DNA of 63,080 bases, filler included. It is 4 parts of 4 records of this genome, joined end to end, with 100 filler letters (N's around TTAATTAATTAA, not from the genome) between each part and the next. Parts side by side here need not be neighbours in the genome. Positions count along the whole stretch, not along the records: positions 37,670 to 56,412 come from SRR31156797_1520; 3 more parts are not named here. One strand, written 5' to 3'. Numbering within the stretch: the first letter of the stretch is position 1; each line of letters begins with the position of its first letter. The translations under genes were made by a program, and so were the position numbers. Under the pieces are notes generated by a model. The model saw nothing but the letters and a program-made list of their open reading frames with translations. It ran no database searches and had not been told where the DNA came from. Below are positions 39,062 to 48,668 of this stretch, one piece after another.

Positions 39062-40990
39062 TTAGCTATATTTTTCTATTAGTTTTAAAATTTTAAGAAC
39101 GCCAGCCACGTTCCATGCCATACTAACTGCACCTTTTCCCGTGTGTGGAGGATTTCCATTGTAGTATTCGGAAAGGGTTCCGATACAATGATGAACCATT
39201 TCATCTTCAAAATTTTCGCTTATTCTTTTTATATGGCTGATGCCACTTTGTTTGTGCAGCTTCAAATAACCTTCTGAATAAAAAGAAGCCAGCCATGGCC
39301 AAACAGCTCCCTGATGAATTCCCAATTCCCTGACATGAGCAGATCCTTTTATCTCACCTTTATAATATGGATCCTGTGGTGATAAGGATCTTAAACCTTT
39401 AGGCGTTAATAATTCTCTTCGAACTATATCGATAACGGCTTTCTTTTGTTCATTAGAAAGAGGAGAAAATTCAAAAGCGGTTGTAAACACCTGATTCGGT
39501 CTAACGGAACTGTCCTTAAAATCACCGTCTACTAAATCAAATAAATACTTGTTTTTTTCGTTCCAAAATGTTTCAATAAATGAGGCTTTTACTTTTTCTT
39601 CTATAGGTTTAAATTCTTCAATTATTTCTGGTTCATTATGCAAGTCAGCCATTTGTAAAGTCATACATATAGCGTTGTACCATAGTGCATTTATTTCAAC
39701 ACATGCACCGTTTCTTGGTGTTACGGCAACATCGTCACATATAGCATTCATCCAGGTTAGTGGTACTTTCTCATCGGATGAATAAAGTAAGCTGTTTTCA
39801 AGTAGAGTTACATTGTTAAAGCGGTTGTTCAGAAAACCTCTGAGAATAGTTAGAAGTAGATTTTTATACTTCTTCCAAAATTCTTTCATGCAAGATTTCC
39901 CCCAGCATTGTTGCAAAGTCCAGAAAAACCATAATGGTGTATCTACTTCTTTAATGTCTATAATGTCGTCACAGTTAAAGATATGATCTATTTCTTTCGC
40001 AGAAGTTTCTAATACTTTACGAAATAGCTCAGGATCCTGCAGCGATTCAGTTAAAAGAGGAACAGATATTAATGTATCTCTCAAACGGTCTTTATACCAG
40101 TGGTATCCTGCAACCATGGTAGTAACTTTACCATTTTCTACAAAAAACTGAGAAGCAGCATTAAGCAGGTTGTTATAAACGGAATCCCGAGGAATTCTAT
40201 TGTCAACCTCTTTGGTAAATTTAGCTTTAAAACCGCCGGTTTTAAACTCTTTTGTTCCAGCAGAAACAATAATACTTTCTCCTTTTTTTATCTCGACTTC
40301 AAAATATCCTGGGACATATAAATCTTCTTTGAATTCATATCCGCGATGCTCTTCCTTAATATATTCTACGCCTCTGTACCAATCTGGTATGGCAACAAAT
40401 TCATTTGGTTTAGAAAGTTGTATAAATAATTCAGGTAGGTTAGGATACATTTTAAGACTAATGCCATTATCAACTACATTATATTTGGTATTGGCAGCCA
40501 AATTCTGGTGTGTCAATTCATGAACACTTCTGTTAGCCAGAAAAGGTTTAAACTTTAAAATAGTATCAGAGTTTGCTTCCAGCAAGGTGTACTTTAACAA
40601 TACTTGCTCTTCTTGTGCTACAAGTACTTCTTCTACGCCGAGTAAAACACCACCAACCCTGTAAACCTTACGAGGTATAATGTCAAACTCCAACTCACGT
40701 ATATATTTATGGCCTTTGGGTTCAAAATGACTCCCGTGGTATTTTCTAATGCCTAAGTTAAATTCCTTTTCGTGTTGCACTACAGTTACATCAAGTGAAC
40801 TGAGCAGCACATGCCTGGTCATATTGTACTCTGGAATTGGACAGACCAAAAGTCCGTGATATTTTCGGGTATTACACCCAATTATACTCGAACTGGAATA
40901 CGAACCGGCCCGATTGGTTCTTAAAATCTCTTTGTAAAGAGACTGCTCCAAATTAATGAGTTTAGATTTTTCAAATGTTAAGTAGGACAT
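39062..40990 (-). CDS. Glycogen debranching enzyme / amylo-alpha-1,6-glucosidase family
   Basis: NTRKYHGLL N-terminal domain; VEINALWYN, RPNQ, GLRSLSP, HQGAVWPW. Confidence 0.85.
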   Translation of the reverse strand: MSYLTFEKSKLINLEQSLYKEILRTNRAGSYSSSSIIGCNTRKYHGLLVCPIPEYNMTRHVLLSSLDVTVVQHEKEFNLGIRKYHGSHFEPKGHKYIRELEFDIIPRKVYRVGGVLLGVEEVLVAQEEQVLLKYTLLEANSDTILKFKPFLANRSVHELTHQNLAANTKYNVVDNGISLKMYPNLPELFIQLSKPNEFVAIPDWYRGVEYIKEEHRGYEFKEDLYVPGYFEVEIKKGESIIVSAGTKEFKTGGFKAKFTKEVDNRIPRDSVYNNLLNAASQFFVENGKVTTMVAGYHWYKDRLRDTLISVPLLTESLQDPELFRKVLETSAKEIDHIFNCDDIIDIKEVDTPLWFFWTLQQCWGKSCMKEFWKKYKNLLLTILRGFLNNRFNNVTLLENSLLYSSDEKVPLTWMNAICDDVAVTPRNGACVEINALWYNAICMTLQMADLHNEPEIIEEFKPIEEKVKASFIETFWNEKNKYLFDLVDGDFKDSSVRPNQVFTTAFEFSPLSNEQKKAVIDIVRRELLTPKGLRSLSPQDPYYKGEIKGSAHVRELGIHQGAVWPWLASFYSEGYLKLHKQSGISHIKRISENFEDEMVHHCIGTLSEYYNGNPPHTGKGAVSMAWNVAGVLKILKLIEKYS

Positions 40991-41175
40991 TAGCTGTATT
41001 CGTTTACTATGGTTGCAATATGATAAATAAGATTGTTACTGAAATCTATAATTTAAATTGTATGATCAATTGTAAATAAGCTTTTAACAACAGTAATATA
41101 TAAATAAAATATGAAAAAAATATTTAATACTAGTTAAAAAGTATATATTTTAAATATAGTAATATATTAAGAAAA

Positions 41176-42162
41176 TTAAATAATATTATTTCTTAAGAAT
41201 ACTATCTCATCTGAGAAGTCAACGCTGGGGTACTTGACTTTCAGTTCCTCAATCTTTTTCTGTTGTTTCTTAAGAAAATTTTGATGTGAATCCGACGTTG
41301 GATTAATGGCTTTGTGACTAAAGGCCTTTTCTAAATTAAGCATCTCTTTTTTATAATGCAATGTATTTGCAGAAAAAAAACAATTTTCAAATTTTTGCCA
41401 AATGTATTCTACAGCCGTTGGGCTGGGGTGAAGCATGTCGTCCGCGTAAAAACGATAATCTCTTAAGTCATCAGTAAGTAGTTCGTATGCAGGAAAATAA
41501 GTGCATTTTTCAAACTCCATACATAGCTGGTTAATAGCTAAGAGTAGAGTTGATTTACTAATTTGGTTACCATTGGCTCCATCTTTCCAATGTCGAACCG
41601 GACTTACTGTAAAAACAATATTTAGTTCGGGGTTAAAATCAAGTAGTTTTTTAATAAGTTGTTGGTAAGTGGATACAATATTATCAATACTTAAAATATA
41701 ACGATTAAAATCCCTAGCTGGATATTTGTGACAGTTGGATACGATTTTCTGAGTTTTTATTAACTCGTAAACCCATGCGGTACCAAAAGTGATAAATAAG
41801 TACTTTGTCTCTTTTAAATGGGTGTACGAGATCTCCGTAGCTTCGTGAATATTTCTTAGGCACTCTTCTTTGTCAGGATGAGAAAAAGAACCATGATGGT
41901 TAAAGCTTAGCCAAAGCGAATTGTGGTAGTGTAAATTTTTGTCGCTAAATTGTTTTCGTTCAATAATGGCTCTTAATGTATTGCTAACACTCATAGGATT
42001 ATAAATAATACCATAAGGATTAACAATAGCAGGGAGTTTGATTTTTTTGCATTTGTCTCCCATGTTTTCGGCAAAGCATGAGCCGATAAACATGATTTTT
42101 GAATTGAATTCTATTGGGTTTTCCGAGGGCGTTACGGCTATCTCAGTTCTAAATGTTTGCAT
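41176..42162 (-). CDS. GSCFA domain protein (SGNH-like)
   Basis: IGSCFA, TVSPVRH, SKSTL, YFPAYE..DDLRDYRFY..DMLHP. Confidence 0.88.
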   Translation of the reverse strand: MQTFRTEIAVTPSENPIEFNSKIMFIGSCFAENMGDKCKKIKLPAIVNPYGIIYNPMSVSNTLRAIIERKQFSDKNLHYHNSLWLSFNHHGSFSHPDKEECLRNIHEATEISYTHLKETKYLFITFGTAWVYELIKTQKIVSNCHKYPARDFNRYILSIDNIVSTYQQLIKKLLDFNPELNIVFTVSPVRHWKDGANGNQISKSTLLLAINQLCMEFEKCTYFPAYELLTDDLRDYRFYADDMLHPSPTAVEYIWQKFENCFFSANTLHYKKEMLNLEKAFSHKAINPTSDSHQNFLKKQQKKIEELKVKYPSVDFSDEIVFLRNNII

Positions 42163-43027
42163 GTGTTACAATAATTTTATCCAAGTATTTCTTTACTTGC
42201 TTAAAGATAAAATTATTGTTGGCATCCAATGGGACTTCGTGCGTGTAAAAATCTATTTCTATAAGTTTTGTGGCTAATGGATGTTTATCGCAAAGTTGTT
42301 GGCTTGCATTAAAGCTGGTAACCGGATCGTTTTTACTGTGTACAATAATAGTAGGAATATGACAGCAGCTCATGTCAGAAAGAAGCTGATTTCCAAGAGT
42401 ATTAATCATCATAAATAAACGCGCACTTATTCTTTTGTGAATGAGAAGGTCTTCTTCTTTGGGAGTAGAACGGTTTTCTGATTGGTTTTCCTGAATGGTG
42501 TTATTGGGTTTTACTTTGGATGAAAAGCTAAATGATGGTAGCATATAGCTTAGTAATTTAAGGCTGTTAAATTTGATGGGACTTATAGGGTGGGAGAGTT
42601 GAAACCAGGGAGCAGTTAATACAATACCTGAAAACATATATTTATTAATAGTTGCATATTTTAGAGCAATTGCTCCACCCATGCTATTGCCAAAAATAAG
42701 TTTGGGAAGATCTGATGAGAAGATGTTTTCCGCAAAAGAAATACAGGCATCAATATCGTCCTGATAAGCTTTAAAATTTTTAACGTGACCTCTTTTTCCT
42801 TCAGACATACCATTTCCTCTTAAATCAATTCCTATTGAAGCGATTTGTTCCTGAGCAAATAATTTAGCAGGTTCATAAAAACGCCCGGAATGACCACCTA
42901 ATCCATGAACAAATAAAACCAGCGCTTTAGTTTCACCAACAGGTTTTAAATAGTGTCCGTATAAATTAGTTCCGTCCTTTGATTTTGTTTTAAAGGTTGA
43001 GAATTGAGTGTTTGCCATGCTTAACAT
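42149..43027 (-). CDS. Alpha/beta hydrolase (lysophospholipase/monoglyceride lipase-like)
   Basis: VHGLGGHSGRF, DLRGNGMSEG.RG, nucleophile elbow GNSMGG. Confidence 0.82.
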   Translation of the reverse strand: MLSMANTQFSTFKTKSKDGTNLYGHYLKPVGETKALVLFVHGLGGHSGRFYEPAKLFAQEQIASIGIDLRGNGMSEGKRGHVKNFKAYQDDIDACISFAENIFSSDLPKLIFGNSMGGAIALKYATINKYMFSGIVLTAPWFQLSHPISPIKFNSLKLLSYMLPSFSFSSKVKPNNTIQENQSENRSTPKEEDLLIHKRISARLFMMINTLGNQLLSDMSCCHIPTIIVHSKNDPVTSFNASQQLCDKHPLATKLIEIDFYTHEVPLDANNNFIFKQVKKYLDKIIVTHANI

Positions 43028-43064
43028 TAAAAAGTAACTGATGTATCAGCAGGTAAAATAAAAG

Positions 43065-44009
43065 CTATTTTTCGGAATCATCCATGATAAAATCCAGATT
43101 TCTCCTGATTCCTGTATATTTTGCTCTTTTAACAGCAGATTTTTTAAAATAATCACTGAACTGTTCCGGACTTAGATTATGCCATTCATCTTTAGACAGC
43201 TTTAATACTGTATATACAGGTTTAAGTTCAGCGTGTTTATGTGGTCTGGACTTCCATGTCCATGGGCATACTTCCTGGCAAATATCACATCCAAATACCC
43301 GGTTGGCCATTTTGCCTTTAAACTCTTCCGGTATTTCACCTTTGTTTTCAATGGTTAAGTAGGAAATGCATTTATTGGCATCTAAAGTACGCGGATTGAT
43401 CAAGGCTTTTGTAGGGCAGGCATCAATGCATCGCGTACAGCCTCCACAGGCTTCTTTTATAGGTGCATCAGGTTCTAATTCCAGGTTAATGATTAGTTCG
43501 GAAATAAAAACATAGCTACCTAGTTTTTTATGAATAAGATGGGTGTTTTTACCTATCCAGCCTAAGCCTGCTTTTACTGCCAGACTTCTTTCTAAAACAG
43601 GAGCTGAATCTACAAAACACCGACCATCCAGATCAGGGTAAATTTCATCTTTTATAAAATTAAATAGCAGTTTTAACTTATCCTTTATCACGTAATGGTA
43701 ATCCTGACCATAGGCGTAGCGTGCAATAATTGGAGCATCAGGATGAGTCTGCTTTTCTTTTGGATAGTAATTGGTGAGTAAAACAATGACTGTTTTGGCA
43801 CCTTCAACGAGTTTTGAAGGATCTACTCTTTTTTCAAAATGGTTGGCCATGTAATGCATCTGGGCATTTCTGTCATGATCCAACCAATCTTTTAATATTT
43901 CTTTTTCTACTGTGAGTTCTTCTGCTTTTGCAAAACCACAGGCATCAAAACCCAGTTCAAGGGCTTTGTGCTGAATGATTTCATTGTATTTGCTTTTAAG
44001 CAAATTCAC
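43065..44009 (-). CDS. queG: tRNA epoxyqueuosine(34) reductase
   Basis: ARYAYGQDYH, VDSAPVLER, CGGCTRCIDACPT, FGCDICQEVCPW. Start uncertain (GTG at 44009 chosen to avoid overlap with the upstream gene). Confidence 0.9.
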   Translation of the reverse strand: MNLLKSKYNEIIQHKALELGFDACGFAKAEELTVEKEILKDWLDHDRNAQMHYMANHFEKRVDPSKLVEGAKTVIVLLTNYYPKEKQTHPDAPIIARYAYGQDYHYVIKDKLKLLFNFIKDEIYPDLDGRCFVDSAPVLERSLAVKAGLGWIGKNTHLIHKKLGSYVFISELIINLELEPDAPIKEACGGCTRCIDACPTKALINPRTLDANKCISYLTIENKGEIPEEFKGKMANRVFGCDICQEVCPWTWKSRPHKHAELKPVYTVLKLSKDEWHNLSPEQFSDYFKKSAVKRAKYTGIRRNLDFIMDDSEK

Positions 44010-44013
44010 TGAA

Positions 44014-44331
44014 CTAAAGTAAACCCAGTTCCAGCATAGCCTCTTCCGAAAGCATATCTTTGGTCCAAGGTGGATCAAAAGTTAAATTCACATCCACATG
44101 CGTTACGCCTTCTACTGCACTTACTTTATCAAAAACCTCCTCTGGCATTGACTCAGCAACAGGACAATTTGGAGAAGTGAGTGTCATTACCACAGTAGCT
44201 TTCCCCTCTTCGTTTACATTAACCTCGTATATTAAACCCAAATCGTAAATATTTACCGGTATTTCAGGGTCAAATATGGTTTTTAATGTACTCACTATTT
44301 CTTCTTCGATTGATAAAAATTCGTTGTCCAT
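44014..44331 (-). CDS. DUF59 / SufT-like Fe-S cluster assembly protein
   Basis: DPEIPVNIYDLGLIY, MTLTSPNCP, FDPPW. Confidence 0.9.
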   Translation of the reverse strand: MDNEFLSIEEEIVSTLKTIFDPEIPVNIYDLGLIYEVNVNEEGKATVVMTLTSPNCPVAESMPEEVFDKVSAVEGVTHVDVNLTFDPPWTKDMLSEEAMLELGLL

Positions 44332-44433
44332 AACTAATAGTATCAAGTATCAATGATCGAGCAGAAAGAAGGTATTCTTTTTACAAGATTAGATACGGTT
44401 TATATTCTTATAACAATTCAAACCTTTTAGGGT

Positions 44434-44856
44434 TTAGGCTTGCTTGGCTTTAAATGCAAGGGCAAATAATCTCATTTGTTTAATCATGGCTACCAAACCA
44501 TTCGAACGAGTTGGCGATAAGTGTTCTTTTAGTCCTACTTCATCAACAAAAGACAGGTCGCTTTCCATAATATCATCCGGTGTTTGACCTGATAAAGCAC
44601 GAATCATCAATGCAACAATTCCCTTTACAATAATCGCATCGCTATCGCCCATGTAAAATACCTTACCGTCTTCCATCCAGGCATGTAACCATACTTTAGA
44701 CTGGCAGCCATCCAGTAAATTCTGATCTAAACGATATTGATCATCATAGGGTTCTAAATCATTGCCTAATTCAATCAGATAAGCATATTTATCCATCCAC
44801 TCATCAAAGGAGCTAAATTCTTCAACTATCTCTTCCTGTATTTCTTTAATTGTCAT
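44434..44856 (-). CDS. sufE: Sulfur acceptor SufE
   Basis: GCQSKVW, DSDAIIVKG, LSPTRSNGL. Confidence 0.93.
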   Translation of the reverse strand: MTIKEIQEEIVEEFSSFDEWMDKYAYLIELGNDLEPYDDQYRLDQNLLDGCQSKVWLHAWMEDGKVFYMGDSDAIIVKGIVALMIRALSGQTPDDIMESDLSFVDEVGLKEHLSPTRSNGLVAMIKQMRLFALAFKAKQA

Positions 44857-44914
44857 CTTAATATACTGTATGATGATGTTTTATAAGTTTGCAAAGATGC
44901 GAATTTTAAACCCG

Positions 44915-46138
44915 CTACCCAAATATCATAGCCACCTTTGAAATGCCCTCTACCAAGCGATCTATCTCCTCTTTTGTATTGTAAATAGCAAAGGAAGCTC
45001 TTAATGTACCGGGTATTCCGTAATAATCCATAATAGGTTGTGCGCAGTGGTGACCAGTTCGCACTGCCAATCCCATTTTATCCAGCATCGTACCCATATC
45101 AAAGGGGTGAATGTTATTCACTAAGAAAGAAATAACACTGGCTTTCTTATCGGAAGTACCGTATATTTTCATTCCCGGTATGCTCAAAAATTTTTCTGTG
45201 GCGTATTGGAGCAATTCATCTTCGTACTGATAAATATGATCCACACCTATTTCTGCTACAAAATCAACGGCTTCACCCAGGCCAATAGCTCCGGCAATAT
45301 TTGGTGTTCCTGCTTCGAATTTAAATGGCAACTCATTGTAGGTTGTTTCCTCAAAAGTTACTGTTTTAATCATTTCGCCACCACCTTGCCAGGGCTCCAT
45401 TTCGTTTAATAGCTTTTCTTTACCATATAATACTCCGGTTCCTGTTGGTCCATATATTTTATGACCGGAAAAAACCATAAAATCCAAACCCAATTCCTGC
45501 ACGTCAACTTTAATATGCTGAACAGCCTGGGAAGCATCAATCATAACTAAACTGTTGTTGCCATGTGTTGCTTCTATGATTTCTTTAACCGGATTAACTG
45601 TTCCTAATGCATTGGAAACATAGGTTACCGCAACCAGCTTTGTTTTTGGAGAAAGTAGTTTTTTTAACTCATCAATAATTAATTCTCCTTTTTCATTGAT
45701 GGGAATGACTTTTAAAACCGCTTTTCTTCGTTTACACATCATTTGCCAGGGCACAATATTGGAATGGTGCTCCATGGTGGAAATGATGATTTCATCACCT
45801 TCTTCGATATAGGTTTCTCCAAAAGAATTGGCTAAAAGATTAATTGCTCCAGTTGCTCCTGAAGTAAAAATTACTTCGTGTGAATGCGCCGCATGAATAA
45901 AGTGCTGAACCTTCTCTCTGGCGTTTTCGTAGGCCAGCGTTGCCTGGTTACTCAAATAATGAACCCCACGATGAATATTGCTATTGAGGGTTTCGTATAC
46001 TTCATTCACTTTTTTTACTACCCTGTCAGGCTTATGCGTAGTGGCCGCATTATCAAAGTAGGCCAATGGCTTACCGTGAATGACACTATTCAGAATAGGA
46101 AATTGTTTGCGTATGTTGTTTATATCTATTTTAGTCAT
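44915..46138 (-). CDS. sufS: Cysteine desulfurase SufS
   Basis: YFDNAAT, MEHHSNIVPW, FSGHK, RTGHHCAQP. Confidence 0.95.
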   Translation of the reverse strand: MTKIDINNIRKQFPILNSVIHGKPLAYFDNAATTHKPDRVVKKVNEVYETLNSNIHRGVHYLSNQATLAYENAREKVQHFIHAAHSHEVIFTSGATGAINLLANSFGETYIEEGDEIIISTMEHHSNIVPWQMMCKRRKAVLKVIPINEKGELIIDELKKLLSPKTKLVAVTYVSNALGTVNPVKEIIEATHGNNSLVMIDASQAVQHIKVDVQELGLDFMVFSGHKIYGPTGTGVLYGKEKLLNEMEPWQGGGEMIKTVTFEETTYNELPFKFEAGTPNIAGAIGLGEAVDFVAEIGVDHIYQYEDELLQYATEKFLSIPGMKIYGTSDKKASVISFLVNNIHPFDMGTMLDKMGLAVRTGHHCAQPIMDYYGIPGTLRASFAIYNTKEEIDRLVEGISKVAMIFG

Positions 46139-46144
46139 CGGTTT

Positions 46145-46410
46145 ATTGGTCAATAGTTGATTGTCATTGGTTAATAGTCAGTAAAAAAAATAGAGCCATT
46201 AATTTTCGGTAAATAGTTACATCTACAAATAAAATGTTTTAGGTGTCATTTACCAATGACTAATGGCTACTGACCAATATATTGAAAAACAGTTTTCAGT
46301 TAACAGTTATCAGTAAATAGTTAACAGTAAGTAGTTAACGGTTATCAGTCTTTGGTATTTTATAAAGAGGACTGTTTACTGTAAACTGCAGACTGTTCAC
46401 TGTAAACTGT
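46145..46410. repeat. Two long hairpins built from short-period (heptamer-type) repeats in the sufD-sufS gap
   Basis: Nine cagt-type heptamers at 46290-46350 opposed by six actg heptamers at 46371-46410; a second pair attggtca/gtcattggt (46145-46171) with accaatgac/tgaccaat (46252-46278). Confidence 0.8.
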
Positions 46411-46411
46411 A

Positions 46412-47806
46412 TTACATGCAGGAATATCCTTTTTCGCTATCTTGCCCGCAAAGAACACAGCTGTTACATTTGTTAAGTTCTCCACGGAAAACATGTTCAA
46501 CTAAGTCCCTGATTTGCTCTCTTACTGCTTCAACACGAATTTTCTCTACTGCTTCGTAAGCAAAAGCATACATCAATAATATTCTAGATTCGTCTTTGCT
46601 AATTCCTCTTGAACGCAAATAAAACATGGCTTTTTCATCTAACTGACCAACGGTAGCTCCATGAGAACACTTTACGTCGTCGGCATAAATTTCCAACATA
46701 GGCTTAGTGTTCATCTTAGCCGTATCTGTCAAGAGTAAATTATCATTTCTCTGAAATGCATTTGTTTTTTGTGCATCAGGACGAACCATAATTTTACCGG
46801 CAAAGGCACCTGTCGCAGCATCATCTAACACGCCTTTAAATAACTCCTCGCTATAGCAATTTGGTTTTGCATGATCGATAAAAGAGAAGTTATCTACATG
46901 TTGGTTTTTGTCAGAAATGAATAATCCATAAACATGCGATTCGCAGTGCTCGTCGTCCATGTTGATATAGATGTTGTTTCTGGTTAAACCGGTATGTAAA
47001 GTCAGGTTGTGTGTTAACACACTCGAATGTTGCTTTTGTTTTACAAAAACAGAAGAAATATTAGATGTTAAATTATGCTGATTCTGAATGTTATAAATAT
47101 CAAAAACGGCATTTTTATCAGCAAATACTTCGGTAACACCTGAAAGTAAAAACTTCTTATCTGAAAGCGTATGCTCGCAAAGCATAATTTTAGCCTGTGC
47201 GTTTTCCTCTACTACAACCAGGTTTCTTGGAAATGCCATCAGGTTTTTATCAGAATGCATAATGTTTACAATCTGAATAGGGCTTTCAATAACAACTCCT
47301 TTAGGAATATAAATAAAGAATCCATCCTGTGCAAAAGCAGTGTTTAGAGCAACTAAACTATCTTCTTCATTTTTAGCGTACTGATTGTAATGTTTCTCGA
47401 TTAACTCAGGGTGAGTTTTTGAAAACTCAGCTAAACTTCCTACCAGTACACCTTCCGGTAATGAATCCGGCACCTGGTTTTTGCGATAATACCAACCATT
47501 AATTAAATAGATGGTAATGGCTTCCAGTTCGTGCACATTACAATTGAACACTTCGCTAAGGTCTTGTTTAAAAACCTCATGTTCAAAATCATATTCGTAA
47601 TCGCCCTCAAAAACAGGACGCATATCGGTGTATTTATAATTTTCAACTTTTTTATTAGGAATTCCTTTTTCCTCAAAAAGCTGAATGGCCTTATCTCGTT
47701 GACTGGCAATAATGTCAGAAACAGGCTTATTTAGCTGTTCTTTACTATCCGCCAACAGCGAAACATATTTTTGTTCTAATTTTATTTCTGTACCCACAAT
47801 GCTCAT
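46412..47806 (-). CDS. sufD: Fe-S cluster assembly protein SufD
   Basis: ENYKYT, LNTAF, KPMLEIYADDVKCSHGATVG, FYLRSRGI. Confidence 0.93.
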   Translation of the reverse strand: MSIVGTEIKLEQKYVSLLADSKEQLNKPVSDIIASQRDKAIQLFEEKGIPNKKVENYKYTDMRPVFEGDYEYDFEHEVFKQDLSEVFNCNVHELEAITIYLINGWYYRKNQVPDSLPEGVLVGSLAEFSKTHPELIEKHYNQYAKNEEDSLVALNTAFAQDGFFIYIPKGVVIESPIQIVNIMHSDKNLMAFPRNLVVVEENAQAKIMLCEHTLSDKKFLLSGVTEVFADKNAVFDIYNIQNQHNLTSNISSVFVKQKQHSSVLTHNLTLHTGLTRNNIYINMDDEHCESHVYGLFISDKNQHVDNFSFIDHAKPNCYSEELFKGVLDDAATGAFAGKIMVRPDAQKTNAFQRNDNLLLTDTAKMNTKPMLEIYADDVKCSHGATVGQLDEKAMFYLRSRGISKDESRILLMYAFAYEAVEKIRVEAVREQIRDLVEHVFRGELNKCNSCVLCGQDSEKGYSCM

Positions 47807-47833
47807 CTTAACAAAGGTTTAAAAGGTTTTCAA

Positions 47834-48586
47834 TTAATCTTCGAATTGCTTTTTAATCCAGTCGTAACCTTTTTCTTCCAGTTCCAGTGCCAATTCTTTA
47901 CCTGCAGACATTACGATTCTTCCTTTGTATAAAACGTGAACGTAGTCAGGTACAATATAATCCAATAATCGCTGGTAGTGAGTAATAACAATGGTAGCAT
48001 TGTCTTTTGACTTAAGCTTGTTAACGCCATTAGCTACAATACGTAAGGCATCAATATCTAAACCAGAATCTGTTTCATCCAAAATAGCAATTTTAGGTTC
48101 AAGCATTGCCATCTGAAAAATCTCATTTTTCTTTTTCTCACCACCGGAAAAACCTTCGTTTACAGAACGGTTAGTTAAGTTTGAATCAATCTCAACTAAT
48201 TTCTTTTTTTCGCGCATTAGTTTTAAAAACTCACTGGCGCTATATGGTTTTTCGTTTTTGTATTTACGATGCTCGTTAACGGCAGTACGCATAAAGTTTA
48301 CCATGCTCACACCCGGAATCTCAACAGGGTACTGAAAGCTATAAAATAACCCTTCGCGAGCACGATCTTCTGCAGGCATATCTAAAAGATCCTTACCATT
48401 AAAACTGGCGCTACCTTCAGAAACGTCAAATGTTTCGCTTCCGGCTAATACCGATGACAATGTACTTTTACCAGATCCATTAGGTCCCATAATGGCATGT
48501 ACTTCTCCGGGTTTAATTGTAAGGTTGATTCCTCTTAATATTTCTTTATCTTCTATTTTGGCGTGTAAATCTTTTATTTCCAGCAT
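47834..48586 (-). CDS. sufC: Fe-S cluster assembly ATPase SufC
   Basis: MGPNGSGKST, FQYPVEIPG, FSGGEKK, LDETDSGLDID. Confidence 0.96.
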   Translation of the reverse strand: MLEIKDLHAKIEDKEILRGINLTIKPGEVHAIMGPNGSGKSTLSSVLAGSETFDVSEGSASFNGKDLLDMPAEDRAREGLFYSFQYPVEIPGVSMVNFMRTAVNEHRKYKNEKPYSASEFLKLMREKKKLVEIDSNLTNRSVNEGFSGGEKKKNEIFQMAMLEPKIAILDETDSGLDIDALRIVANGVNKLKSKDNATIVITHYQRLLDYIVPDYVHVLYKGRIVMSAGKELALELEEKGYDWIKKQFED

Positions 48587-48668
48587 TCTTCTTAATGTTA
48601 AAAGTTTGTAAAGTTGAAAGTTTGTAAAGTCTTTTAATCTAATGTCTTTGATCTCTGATCTAAAAAGA

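Noticed and set aside
44010-44078. N-terminal extension of queG
   Set aside because: Overlaps the 3' end of the DUF59 gene; homology-like sequence begins after it.
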